A stretch of DNA of 20,000 bases from Saprolegnia diclina VS20 (lineage: Eukaryota): positions 270,951 through 290,950 of the forward strand of contig NW_008246115.1 in NCBI RefSeq assembly GCF_000281045.1, given 5' to 3'. Positions 7,542-16,440 of this stretch are shown piece after piece. A program made the position numbers and the translations under genes. The notes beneath the pieces were generated by a model, which searched no databases, had not been told where the DNA came from, and was given only the letters and a program-made list of their open reading frames with translations. Positions within the stretch are counted from its first letter, which is position 1. Each line of letters opens with the position of its first letter.

Positions 7542-9490
7542 GAACAAGTGGACCCTATTCCCCCTTAATCTATCTTTTGCATACTGTTTTGTCGTCGACA
7601 AAGTTGCACACAATTGGAGTGACAACGAATGCACTGTGAAAAAGCGTCGACTCGAGCGCACAAGGTGCCTGACGACGATTTCGCATCATGTACGTGAGGT
7701 GGCAAGTCGCCTGACCGAGCTAGCGCAGCTTGGACGTCCTGGTATCCTTACCCTCGGTAGCGATCAGCTCGCGGCCGACGATTGCCCTCGTCTGCGCATG
7801 CCGACGGCGGACGGCAAGCTTTGCTGCCCGACGATGCACGCCTTTTGCTGCCGACTTTGCCATACATACTCCCAGTACCTGAATCTTCGTGTCCCAAATA
7901 ACTCGGAACCTCCTACTGCAGCCAGCGAAGGGGCACGTGCCACGACGACTACAGTCTTCGCTCTGGCGACGGATGTCAGCAAACCACGACGAGATACGTC
8001 AATATAGCGCTAGCCAACACAAAGGGATGCAAGTCGCGATGTGGCCGACGACATCCACAAGGCAACGCTCCGGTTCTGATCAAGGAGCTCAACGTTCAGC
8101 TCCGCACCAACGACTCACTAGGCCAGCCGACGCGCAGCGGCCAGAAGAATACCCGCTTTCGTGCAGCTTGACAATGCGACGCTGCGGTCAGCCACACGAG
8201 CTAGCTGCAGTCATCGCCCGTTTGGTGTGGCGTCCTACGGTTTACCTCCTACCGACGGTTGGAAGGGTCCGCTCATCTTGGAACGATCATCGACCGGGAT
8301 GAAATTCTTCCTAGTTAGCCAACACACCGAGCCACTGTATGCCCTTTTGCAGCGAAATCAATGCAGCTTCGGTCCATTGCCCCAGGCCAAACGACAAGCC
8401 CGCATCCTCGGCGTTCTCTGCAGTACCTAGTACATACCTCCATAACACACAAAACATAGACCTTCTCTGGATTCCAAAACATGCAGCGCCGTCACTCGGA
8501 CAGTGACGGTAATCGCGTTCAACGTTTGGTGTTGAAATGACACAATTCCTGCTTCAACGTGTAGGAGCCCAGCACGATAACCCCTGATGCGCGACGGCAC
8601 CGTGGAGACCTCCGCGTGCTGCTTCAGTCGACGAGAATGACAGCTTGTGTGATTTTGAGATTCGACTCGACGATCGGCCCGTCGTCAGTCTTGTCTTGAG
8701 GACTGCACAATCTTGCTGACGTGAAACTGTCCTTTCTATCGTGCTATGCTTCTGCACCAGTCCTTCTCTCGTTCTAGCGAGGGGCCATAGAAAACTCGTT
8801 GCATCCACCAGCCATTCGAGTAGCTCCATGTATCCTAGTAGACAGTGTTGGCAGCTGAAAGTCAAGTGCAATTTGCTCGATCGACCGTACCGTGCACGAA
8901 GTGTGATAGGTCTACTTGGTGCCTAGATACACAGACGTAATGGGTGCCGTATACGCTTTGCCCAGGTCCACGACGTCACTTTCGCCAGCTGTCTTGCGAC
9001 GCCAAGCTGTCGAAGCGCCGGCTGCCAAATAAAATCGCTCGCACCAATTTTTAGGGCGGATTGAATAGAGGCAGCGTTCGGAATGGTTGCTGGCCCCAAA
9101 CGTATTCGCCTCAATCTTGACGGTCGATGCTGCAGCCGTGCACGAACCTGCTTCAAGCTCAAATTTCGTACATATCTTCTGCGCAACCATAGGAAAAGGG
9201 CTCCGACACCGTAGGAAAAGGCGTGTCTGTGCAAACGAAAGCTTCGCGTTCGAGTGGTATAGGTCGTTTGACGAGCTACTGTGTCTCGCGTTCTGGGTGC
9301 AGCCGCATACCCACGATATTTACAACCATCGGCGCCAGATTCTGCCCGAGATTCCTTCCACAGCTAATTGAATCCACTGCGAATCTGAAGACCATATGTC
9401 TCGTCTTCGAAAACACATGCTACACGTTACCACGCCGGCGCAAGCACTCCAGCGAAATGTGTGGCCTTTGGCTCGTCCACGCTCCGTCGA

Positions 9491-9506
9491 CTCATTCTCG
9501 CATTTC
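9491..9506 (+). promoter_or_regulatory. Oomycete Inr+FPR core promoter element
   Basis: CTCATTCTCGCATTTC fits the oomycete YCATTYYNCAWTTY-type consensus and starts about 40 bp upstream of the SLC34 ATG at 9530. Confidence 0.7.
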
Positions 9507-9529
9507 CCGCCTGAGCATCAAGCAGCACC

Positions 9530-11053
9530 ATGGCCGCCTCCAAGCAAATTAGCCTCCAGTCGTCCGAAGTGCCATTGACGCCGTGCAGCCCGTCGCCCAA
9601 CGACGCGCCCTTCATCAGCGTCACCGACGAGATCGCACTGGACGACGAGGACAAGACGTTTACCGATTTGCCGTGGCACATGCAGCTTGCGTGGGGCCTC
9701 TTCTACCTCGCCCTCGCCTTGAGCTCGCTCTACTTCTTCATGGTCGCGGTCAAGTGGATCGGCGAGTCGTTCTCGCTTCTCCTCGGCTGCGAGGCCAAGG
9801 ACGCGTTTGCGTTCGCCGACAACCCGGTGGCCGGCCTCATGGTCGGTATCGTCTCGACCGCCATTCTGCACTCGTCCGGCACGGTCACGTCCATCATCGT
9901 TGCGCTTGTCGGCTCCAAGGGCCTCACGGTGCGCCAGGGCGTCCCGATCATCATGGGCGCCAACGTCGGCACGTGTGTGACCTGCATCATGGTCGCCTTT
10001 GCGCAGATGGGCAAGCGCGACCAGTTTGAACGCGCGATGGCGGCCGCGACTGTGCACGACATGTACAACATTTGGTCGGTTATCGTCCTCTTCCCGCTCG
10101 AGTTGCTCTTCCACCCGCTCGAACTCCTCGCGACGTCCATGTCGGGCGGTCAGGCCAACGCGTACTTTGAGTCGCCCGTCGACATCGTCGTCAACCCGCT
10201 CGCGTCCAAGCTCATCAAAGTCGACAAGACCATGATCGAAAAGGTCTCGCTCGGCAAGGTCACGTGCGAAAAGGCTGTGTTTCTCAAGGGCGGCGCGTTC
10301 CTCGACTCGTACAAGAGTGGGTCGCTCTCCCAAGGCGCGATCGGTGGCATCTGCCTCGCCGTCGGCTTTACGCTCCTCATCCTCTCGCTTCTCTCGCTCG
10401 TCTACATGCTCCAAAAGCTCTTCCGCGGCTCAGCGCAAAAGACAATCCGCAAGGCCCTCAACTTTAACGGCTACGTCAACATCCTCCTCGGCACGCTCAT
10501 CACGTTCTGCGTGCACTCGTCGACGGTCGTCACGTCGACCTTGACGCCGATGGCCGGCCTCGGCCTTGTCACGCTCGAGCAGGTGTACCCGATCGTGATT
10601 GGCGCCAACCTCGGCACGACCGTGACGGCGCTGCTTGCGTCGTGGGTGACTGGGTCGCCGGACGCTGTCGCGATCGCGCTGGTGCACTTTTGGTTCAACA
10701 TTCTCGGCATCTTCCTCTTCTACCCGATCCCGATCACGCGCAAGCCGATCCTTGACTGGGCGCGCCGCCTCGCCTTCTACAGCGCCCGCTGGCCGGTCGT
10801 CGCCGCGCTGTTCCTCGTGCTGCTGTTTCTGATCGTCCCGGGCCTTGCGCTGGGCTTGACGTACCTCTACAAGGCCGGCACCGTTGGTCTCGTGCTCGCG
10901 ATCTTTATCAGCGTCGGTGCGCTCGCGACGATTGGTGGCTTTTACTTTTGGTACCTCAAGAAGGGCGGCCGGGACACGTGGCACGCCTTCTTGGAGCGCA
11001 AGGCCGAGGCGCACGAAGCCAAGATGGCCGAAGCCGACAAGGTTGTTGTGTAA
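9530..11053 (+). CDS. Sodium-dependent phosphate cotransporter, SLC34/NaPi-II/NptA family, 507 aa, intronless
   Basis: Multi-TM ORF with the two inverted repeats NPVAGLMVGIVSTAILHSSGTVTSIIV...PIIMGANVGT and HSSTVVTSTLTP...YPIVIGANLGTT. Also has AAATVHDMYN and IALVHFWFNILGIFLFYP. Confidence 0.93.
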   Translation: MAASKQISLQSSEVPLTPCSPSPNDAPFISVTDEIALDDEDKTFTDLPWHMQLAWGLFYLALALSSLYFFMVAVKWIGESFSLLLGCEAKDAFAFADNPVAGLMVGIVSTAILHSSGTVTSIIVALVGSKGLTVRQGVPIIMGANVGTCVTCIMVAFAQMGKRDQFERAMAAATVHDMYNIWSVIVLFPLELLFHPLELLATSMSGGQANAYFESPVDIVVNPLASKLIKVDKTMIEKVSLGKVTCEKAVFLKGGAFLDSYKSGSLSQGAIGGICLAVGFTLLILSLLSLVYMLQKLFRGSAQKTIRKALNFNGYVNILLGTLITFCVHSSTVVTSTLTPMAGLGLVTLEQVYPIVIGANLGTTVTALLASWVTGSPDAVAIALVHFWFNILGIFLFYPIPITRKPILDWARRLAFYSARWPVVAALFLVLLFLIVPGLALGLTYLYKAGTVGLVLAIFISVGALATIGGFYFWYLKKGGRDTWHAFLERKAEAHEAKMAEADKVVV

Positions 11054-11452
11054 TGAGATGCTTTTGTGTAAACTAAACTGGTGTATATTTCAAACGATTT
11101 TTGTTCCAATATTTTGTGCTACGACATCGAGGAGGCTATGTTGGACAGCTTTTGTCTTGGTGACTGGGAGTCTCAGGTACAAACTGCAAAATGGGTTTAG
11201 GACTGAACCAAGTTATATCGAAATGTGCTCGTGAGCGCCGACGGCATCCTCGCCCTGGCATCGTCGCTCCGACATTGATAGAAAGTTGTCCGTCCTTTGC
11301 ATACAAACCGCAAGATAAAACGTGGCGCACTACGGTTGCCTCTCGAATGCCATGACGATGGGTGCGTCAACCTCCCCTTTTGCTCTTCTTTGCTTGTCGT
11401 CACCACATTTGTTATCCATTTACCGTAGAATAAGGCATGATTCCAGCGCACA

Positions 11453-12934
11453 TTACGAGCTTACGACAACGCGTGCGTCGTTGTGGAGTTGGCAGATATA
11501 GGGCTCTGGAAGTAGACAGCGTATGGCGTAGATGGCGACGTCAGCGGCTCTCATCTTGACCACGGGCAGGCAGTTGTTGTTCTCGACAAAGTCTTTGCAC
11601 CAAAGTGGCAGCTTGACCGAGACGTTGGTGCACGTTGCTACCGCTGTCAGCAGCGCTTGCACGCCTCGGAGACCCATCAAGTTGCCCGAGAGATCGAGGT
11701 CGAAAGCGACACGCGCATGCGTCTCGAGCAGCGCTGCAGCCAACACAGTTGCGCCGTTGGTGTCGATGCCACAGTTGGCGAATCGCACGCGGCACGCACC
11801 GGCGTCGATGCAGCGACGCAGCGCATTGGCCGCGCAACCGGCGTGGACACTAAAGTACTCAACGTCATGCCACGTGATCGACTCGAGATGACGTGAGCGC
11901 GTGATCCAGGTGAGCGTCGCTTCGAGGCTTGACTCGGACAACACAACGCAGTTGAACGCGAGCGTGCGGAGTGTCGTCGATGATGATACCCTCGGTTGGG
12001 TCGCAACGACGCCACGGAGGTCCATGTACTCAAAGCACAAGTGCTCGAGCACTAACGATTGCGCGACCAAGGCGAAAATATGCTGGCCGAGACCAACGTT
12101 GCGTATGCTTCGGAGCACCAGTGTCTTTAACGCTGGCAATGGACGCAGCCCGGTCAAGATGAAGCGCCCGCAGACCGTTTGCTCTTCGATGTAGGTAGCA
12201 AGGCTTATGAACAGTGCATGCGACTGGTCCATGCGCAGGCTCGCGAGCGTGGGCGACGACACCAGCGCGCACACAAGACCCGCGTCCGTCGGTGGGTTCA
12301 AGTTACGGAGAACCAAGGAGCACGCGTGGCCAGACGCCAGCCAGCGCTGCGCCGCGGCCATTGTGGAAGCTGCGGGAACGTACCGAAATCGAATGACTGC
12401 GAGCTCGAGCTCGGAGACGCAGTGCGCCGGCGACGTCACGGCCTCCAGAAAACCGGGCTCGTCGATTGTGATACCAACGCGTTTGAGGCGCGTGCAGCGG
12501 GCCAGCGCGCGGCAACACTCATCGCGATGCTTGGGAAGGCAAGTGGTGGCGAGGTCGACGGTCGTCACTTTGGCGGCCCACTTGGCCACAAACCCGCAGA
12601 ATGGCACGTTGAAGTTGGGGTCGCGCGGCCAGCGTTCGCTAAAGCACACGCCTGTGATGCGCACCGCGTTGACGATGTTGATGATGGCGCCAATACTATC
12701 GATCGTGTCGTCGCTGAGATCGTTCAGGCACAGTACCGGCCAGTGCGTGGCACCAGACGGCGCTGACAAGAGCTGGAGGACCGCCGCCAGGCCTGGCGAG
12801 CGCATCGCGGCTGGCAGCGCCTCTAGGAAGGAGACGACATCGTGCGGCGTCGGCGTGTACTGGACGATCGCCACGGGCACGCCAGCGAGATCGAGCACAG
12901 AGGCTTGGACGTGACGAGGCCGTTGGTGGGCCAT
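11453..12934 (-). CDS. Lineage-expanded F-box-like N-terminus plus RNI-like leucine-rich repeat protein, 493 aa
   Basis: Intronless ORF with LxxLxL repeats and RI-type repeats (VRFANCGIDTNGATVLAAAL, LDLSGNLMGLRGVQALL). The N-terminal motif VLxxxxxxxxIVQY...V.SFLEALP...P.LAA..QL...WP.L is shared with the neighbouring gene. Confidence 0.75.
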   Translation of the reverse strand: MAHQRPRHVQASVLDLAGVPVAIVQYTPTPHDVVSFLEALPAAMRSPGLAAVLQLLSAPSGATHWPVLCLNDLSDDTIDSIGAIINIVNAVRITGVCFSERWPRDPNFNVPFCGFVAKWAAKVTTVDLATTCLPKHRDECCRALARCTRLKRVGITIDEPGFLEAVTSPAHCVSELELAVIRFRYVPAASTMAAAQRWLASGHACSLVLRNLNPPTDAGLVCALVSSPTLASLRMDQSHALFISLATYIEEQTVCGRFILTGLRPLPALKTLVLRSIRNVGLGQHIFALVAQSLVLEHLCFEYMDLRGVVATQPRVSSSTTLRTLAFNCVVLSESSLEATLTWITRSRHLESITWHDVEYFSVHAGCAANALRRCIDAGACRVRFANCGIDTNGATVLAAALLETHARVAFDLDLSGNLMGLRGVQALLTAVATCTNVSVKLPLWCKDFVENNNCLPVVKMRAADVAIYAIRCLLPEPYICQLHNDARVVVSS

Positions 12935-13249
12935 CGCGAGCTTCTTTACAAGCGGTGACGTATGCGGACGCTTTCAGAATCCGGATGAAAACCAGCACTC
13001 CGAGCTCCGAGCCTTCCGATTGGCACTGCTACGAGGAGAATGAATGATGCTGCATTATCCCAGGGGTCGACGCAGCTTTGTCATTGGGAATGCACTGGCG
13101 TTTTACCAAACGGTATTGCCAAGTGCGATAGTCCAACATCACCTACGTGTGTATAATTTACACACGTCTACAAACAACTTAACTATAACGTTAGTAAAAT
13201 GACACGGAACTCCTGGGCATCACATCGTCAATGGTTCATAAACAGTACA

Positions 13250-14842
13250 TTAATCAAAGACAAATCGGTACTTGGGGCAGTAGTAGAGAAAGACCACGAG
13301 GCGCTGGTGCTTGGCGGCCTTGGCGTCCCAGTAGGCGTACGTATCCCGCTCTCGCTCGCTGCACATGTCCATATCCACGTACTCAAGCGTCACATTCATC
13401 GCAGCCAGCGTCTTGGTCTTCTTCGCCTGGCCCGAGATTGGCCATGCTTGTTTCTCCAAGACGATCCAGCGCAAGGCCGGCGACGCCGCCTGGAGCGATC
13501 TCACGAGCTCGATGAGGTCGTCGTAGCAGCGCGACAGCAGTTGCAGTTTGATCGCGTGCAGCTGCGGGCAGCCCGAGAGCACCGTGGCCAGCCACTTCAT
13601 TGCCTCCATCGTCTCTGCGACCGCGCTCAAGTACTGCAGCTTTGCGCACTGCGTGAGCGCCGTCGCAAGGGAAGCGCCAATGCGGGGTTTGACGCTAAAC
13701 TCGTGCAGATCGAGCTGCCGCAGCGACACGAGCCGTGGCACGAGCGCGACGAGCCGGTTCAGCAGCTTTTCATCCAACGCACAGACCTCGATGCGCAGGG
13801 TCGTGAGCCGGCTCAAGACCTCGTGCGTCTCGGCCAACTGCGTCACAAAGCGGCCTTCGAGCTGCGTGAGGCGTGGCGCTTCTGATAGCATCGACGAGAG
13901 ACTCGTCATGACGGCGTCCGAGCAGTTGTGAAAGAAGAGCTCGCGTGGGGTCGACACTACACGCACTCTCTTGAGGTGGAGGAAGGAAGCCGAGCACATA
14001 CCGTCGAGACGAAAGTGCTGCAGTTGGTGGGGCAGCTGCTCTTGCTGCAAAAAGCGTGTGCTGATATCAATTGTCTTTTCGATGCAGAGGTCGCGCAGCG
14101 TGGTGCAGGTAGCGATCGCCTCGCACAACGTCGCTCTGTCCTCGGCGCGCAAGTTGACAAACTCGACGTTGGCAAGTCCAAGGCGCGTGCAGCATCCGTT
14201 TCTTAGCATACTTGCAATGGCCAGCGCGGCGGACGCCGGAAACTTGCCGCGGAGCACGAGCGTGCGCAGCTGCGCGAGCGGGAGGTTGGCAAAGACATCG
14301 GCGACCATCGACATGGTGATGCCGGCCCAGTGATGCGAGTGCTCGAAGACGAGGCTGTGCAGGCGTGGGCACGCGCAGAGCATGCTCTGAAGCGCCTGAA
14401 TGTGGCTCAGGTTGGTGACGACCGTGACGTGGTTGACGACGGGCTGGAGCCGACGGAGGAGCTCTCGTGGCGTCCGTGCGTCGGGGCCGTCTCTGTCCAC
14501 GTCCATCACGGCTACGATCGCGCCAAGCGCTTGTGCCTCGAGCAGGTGCTGCAGCGTCGCGTCGTCTGGGAGCGAGAGGACATAGACCTTGGGCCACTGG
14601 ATGCGGACGACGTCGGGGAGCGCGGCCAGCGCCGCAATGGCGGCCAAGTGGGGCGTCACAGCCGGAGGCGGCAGCGAAGCGATGAACTCGGTCAAGGACC
14701 AGATGTTCTGGACGTAGCGAGCCATGAGCTCGACGAGCTCGGGCACGGCGAGCACGGCCATCGGGTTCGGGCGTCGGCGGGTTGTCATGGTGGCTTCTGG
14801 GATTGCACTTGGGCAGCGCCTTGCGTTCAAACGCACAGCCAT
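13250..14842 (-). CDS. Second F-box-like/LRR (RNI-like) paralog, ~510-530 aa (start 14842 or 14788)
   Basis: Intronless ORF starting VLAVPELVELMARYVQNIWSLTEFIASLP...PHLAAIAAL...WPKV, then many LxxLxL repeats (CPRLHSLVF, LRTLVL, LRDLCI, LTTLRI, LRQLDL, CPQLHAIKL). Confidence 0.78.
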   Translation of the reverse strand: MAVRLNARRCPSAIPEATMTTRRRPNPMAVLAVPELVELMARYVQNIWSLTEFIASLPPPAVTPHLAAIAALAALPDVVRIQWPKVYVLSLPDDATLQHLLEAQALGAIVAVMDVDRDGPDARTPRELLRRLQPVVNHVTVVTNLSHIQALQSMLCACPRLHSLVFEHSHHWAGITMSMVADVFANLPLAQLRTLVLRGKFPASAALAIASMLRNGCCTRLGLANVEFVNLRAEDRATLCEAIATCTTLRDLCIEKTIDISTRFLQQEQLPHQLQHFRLDGMCSASFLHLKRVRVVSTPRELFFHNCSDAVMTSLSSMLSEAPRLTQLEGRFVTQLAETHEVLSRLTTLRIEVCALDEKLLNRLVALVPRLVSLRQLDLHEFSVKPRIGASLATALTQCAKLQYLSAVAETMEAMKWLATVLSGCPQLHAIKLQLLSRCYDDLIELVRSLQAASPALRWIVLEKQAWPISGQAKKTKTLAAMNVTLEYVDMDMCSERERDTYAYWDAKAAKHQRLVVFLYYCPKYRFVFD

Positions 14843-15843
14843 TGGTGGAATATAGATGAAATGAAGGGATTGGATTGGTCCATATCATCTTTTTCGTGCA
14901 CTCCTAACCGACACTGGAACTGACAGCCATGAGGCAAGAGTTAAGACCTTGCGCAAGACAAAGCTCGCTAGCTACAATGACGATTTGGACACGACTTGTA
15001 TTTGTTGTCGATGTTAGTTGTGGCTCCGCGCATAGAGCGTCGTATCGAAAATGCCATTTTATTCAAATCAATTCGTTGAAAAGGCATCCTTGGGCACCCA
15101 GTGCCCAATGCATTTCATTTGTTGGCTCATGATGCACCGCTTTGTACTTGGTGGCGTGGCGCCATGGGGTCGGAAGCTCAAGCTGGACAATGCGACACGA
15201 CTCGTCCACTGCCAGTCAAGTCGAGTCCCGCGCACGCGTTTGCATAATCTTTATGAAAGCAAGTCTCGTTTTCGGCGTCCGATCCCTTTGAAATACCTAA
15301 ACACGCAAGGTCGCTTGTCTGCAGTAGTCTTGCGTACACCCCACGGACGTCGTAGTAACATCTCCCAACGTTCTTCGATACACAGCTCGCAAGTCGACGC
15401 TTTGTCTAGCATTAACCTCTCTCGAGGTCCGTTGTCGTCCACCATGCGACCAATACCACAGCACTTGCGAGTCGCTAGTATCGCCACTCGCAAGTGGATA
15501 GTATGATGCAGCGTTTACCGTCGTCGTCGGCTCCTACCGACGTTGACAAACTAGCAGCTGGGCTAGTGAAGCACTCGGCGGAGAGGAATCACCAGAACCG
15601 CACACCCGCCAGGAAGAAGAACCATCCTCGTGAGTGCAACCCGCCACGAGGGCTGTTGAAACCCACTCGGATCCACCGGCGGTGGGATCCTACGGCCCAA
15701 ACCGACCAAGTGTCGAGCTCTTGGAGTTGGCGCACAAACGAATGGAGTTGCGTTTGTCACAGACGGCAGCGACGCTGCGACTGCGTAGCGTGCTGCTGCT
15801 CATTTCGATCCAGACGCCGTGTACTATACGAGCTCGGTGGGTG

Positions 15844-16290
15844 GCACCCGAACGGTAGATGGACCGAGACGTTCATGCTCGTTGCATCGAGCAGCGCTTG
15901 GACGTCTGCAATATGAAGCCAATCAGCCGAAAGATCGAGCTCCAAAGCATGCGCCGCACGCAGCATCGTGCTTGACATCGACCAACCGTACGCTGCTTGC
16001 ACTTGCGTCACTGCAGCGCATCACAGTCACCCGATTACCCGAACAACACGAAGCAACATTAACGTCTTGTACAGTAATCGCAAAACAAAGACTCTAGCGC
16101 TGGAGTGCACTCACCGCACCGTGAATGTGTTGGCCAAAGGACGAGCAGCGCCGCCACGCGGCCCCTTCAAGCGAGTCGAGCTTGCGGCCGAGTCCAATGT
16201 CGCACCGAAGCTTGCGGTAGACAAGGCGGCGTAGTTGAAGCGCAGTTGGCGAAGCGTCGACTGCAGAACGGTGGGCCGCGCCGCGTCGCG
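15844..16290 (-). pseudogene. 5'-truncated, frameshifted relic of the LRR family (paralog of the C-terminus of 11453-12934)
   Basis: Colinear matches across changing frames: STLRQLRFNYAALSTASFGATL vs TTLRTLAFNCVVLSESSLEATL; LEGAAWRRCSSFGQHIHGAVSALQR vs LESITWHDVEYFSVHAGCAANALRR; RCSDASASSVRL vs RCIDAGACRVRF; LELDLSADWLHIADVQALL..MNVSVHLPFGC vs FDLDLSGNLMGLRGVQALL..TNVSVKLPLWC. In-frame stop at 16094-16096. Confidence 0.8.
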
Positions 16291-16411
16291 CCAAAGTTTA
16301 CGTGGCAGGCTGCGCGTCGTTGGTGGCAACTGCCGAATCGTGCATCGGATTAGGATATATCCTGTTTAGGACAGGTTAGCTCGGATTTGGCCTGATTGTA
16401 TTCGCGCCATG

Positions 16412-16425
16412 CCATTCGAAAATTC
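16412..16425 (+). promoter_or_regulatory. Possible Inr+FPR core promoter for the CEP70-like gene
   Basis: CCATTCGAAAATTC lies about 30 bp upstream of ATG 16441 and loosely fits YCATTY-N4-WTTY. Confidence 0.4.
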
Positions 16426-16440
16426 AAGTCGGCGGCAGGG

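Noticed and set aside
7742..7749. GTATCCTT, a perfect U12-type 5' splice site
   Set aside because: No host gene or downstream U12 branch point is evident, and one 8-mer hit in 20 kb on two strands is expected by chance. All inferred introns look like U2-type GT-AG.
8554..9371. ORFs of 60-105 aa in the intergenic tract
   Set aside because: Weak GC3 bias and no transposase, reverse transcriptase or other recognisable motifs.
14929..15840. Short ORFs and an imperfect GGATCC-bounded palindrome near 15669-15690
   Set aside because: No family motifs; the palindrome is short and isolated.
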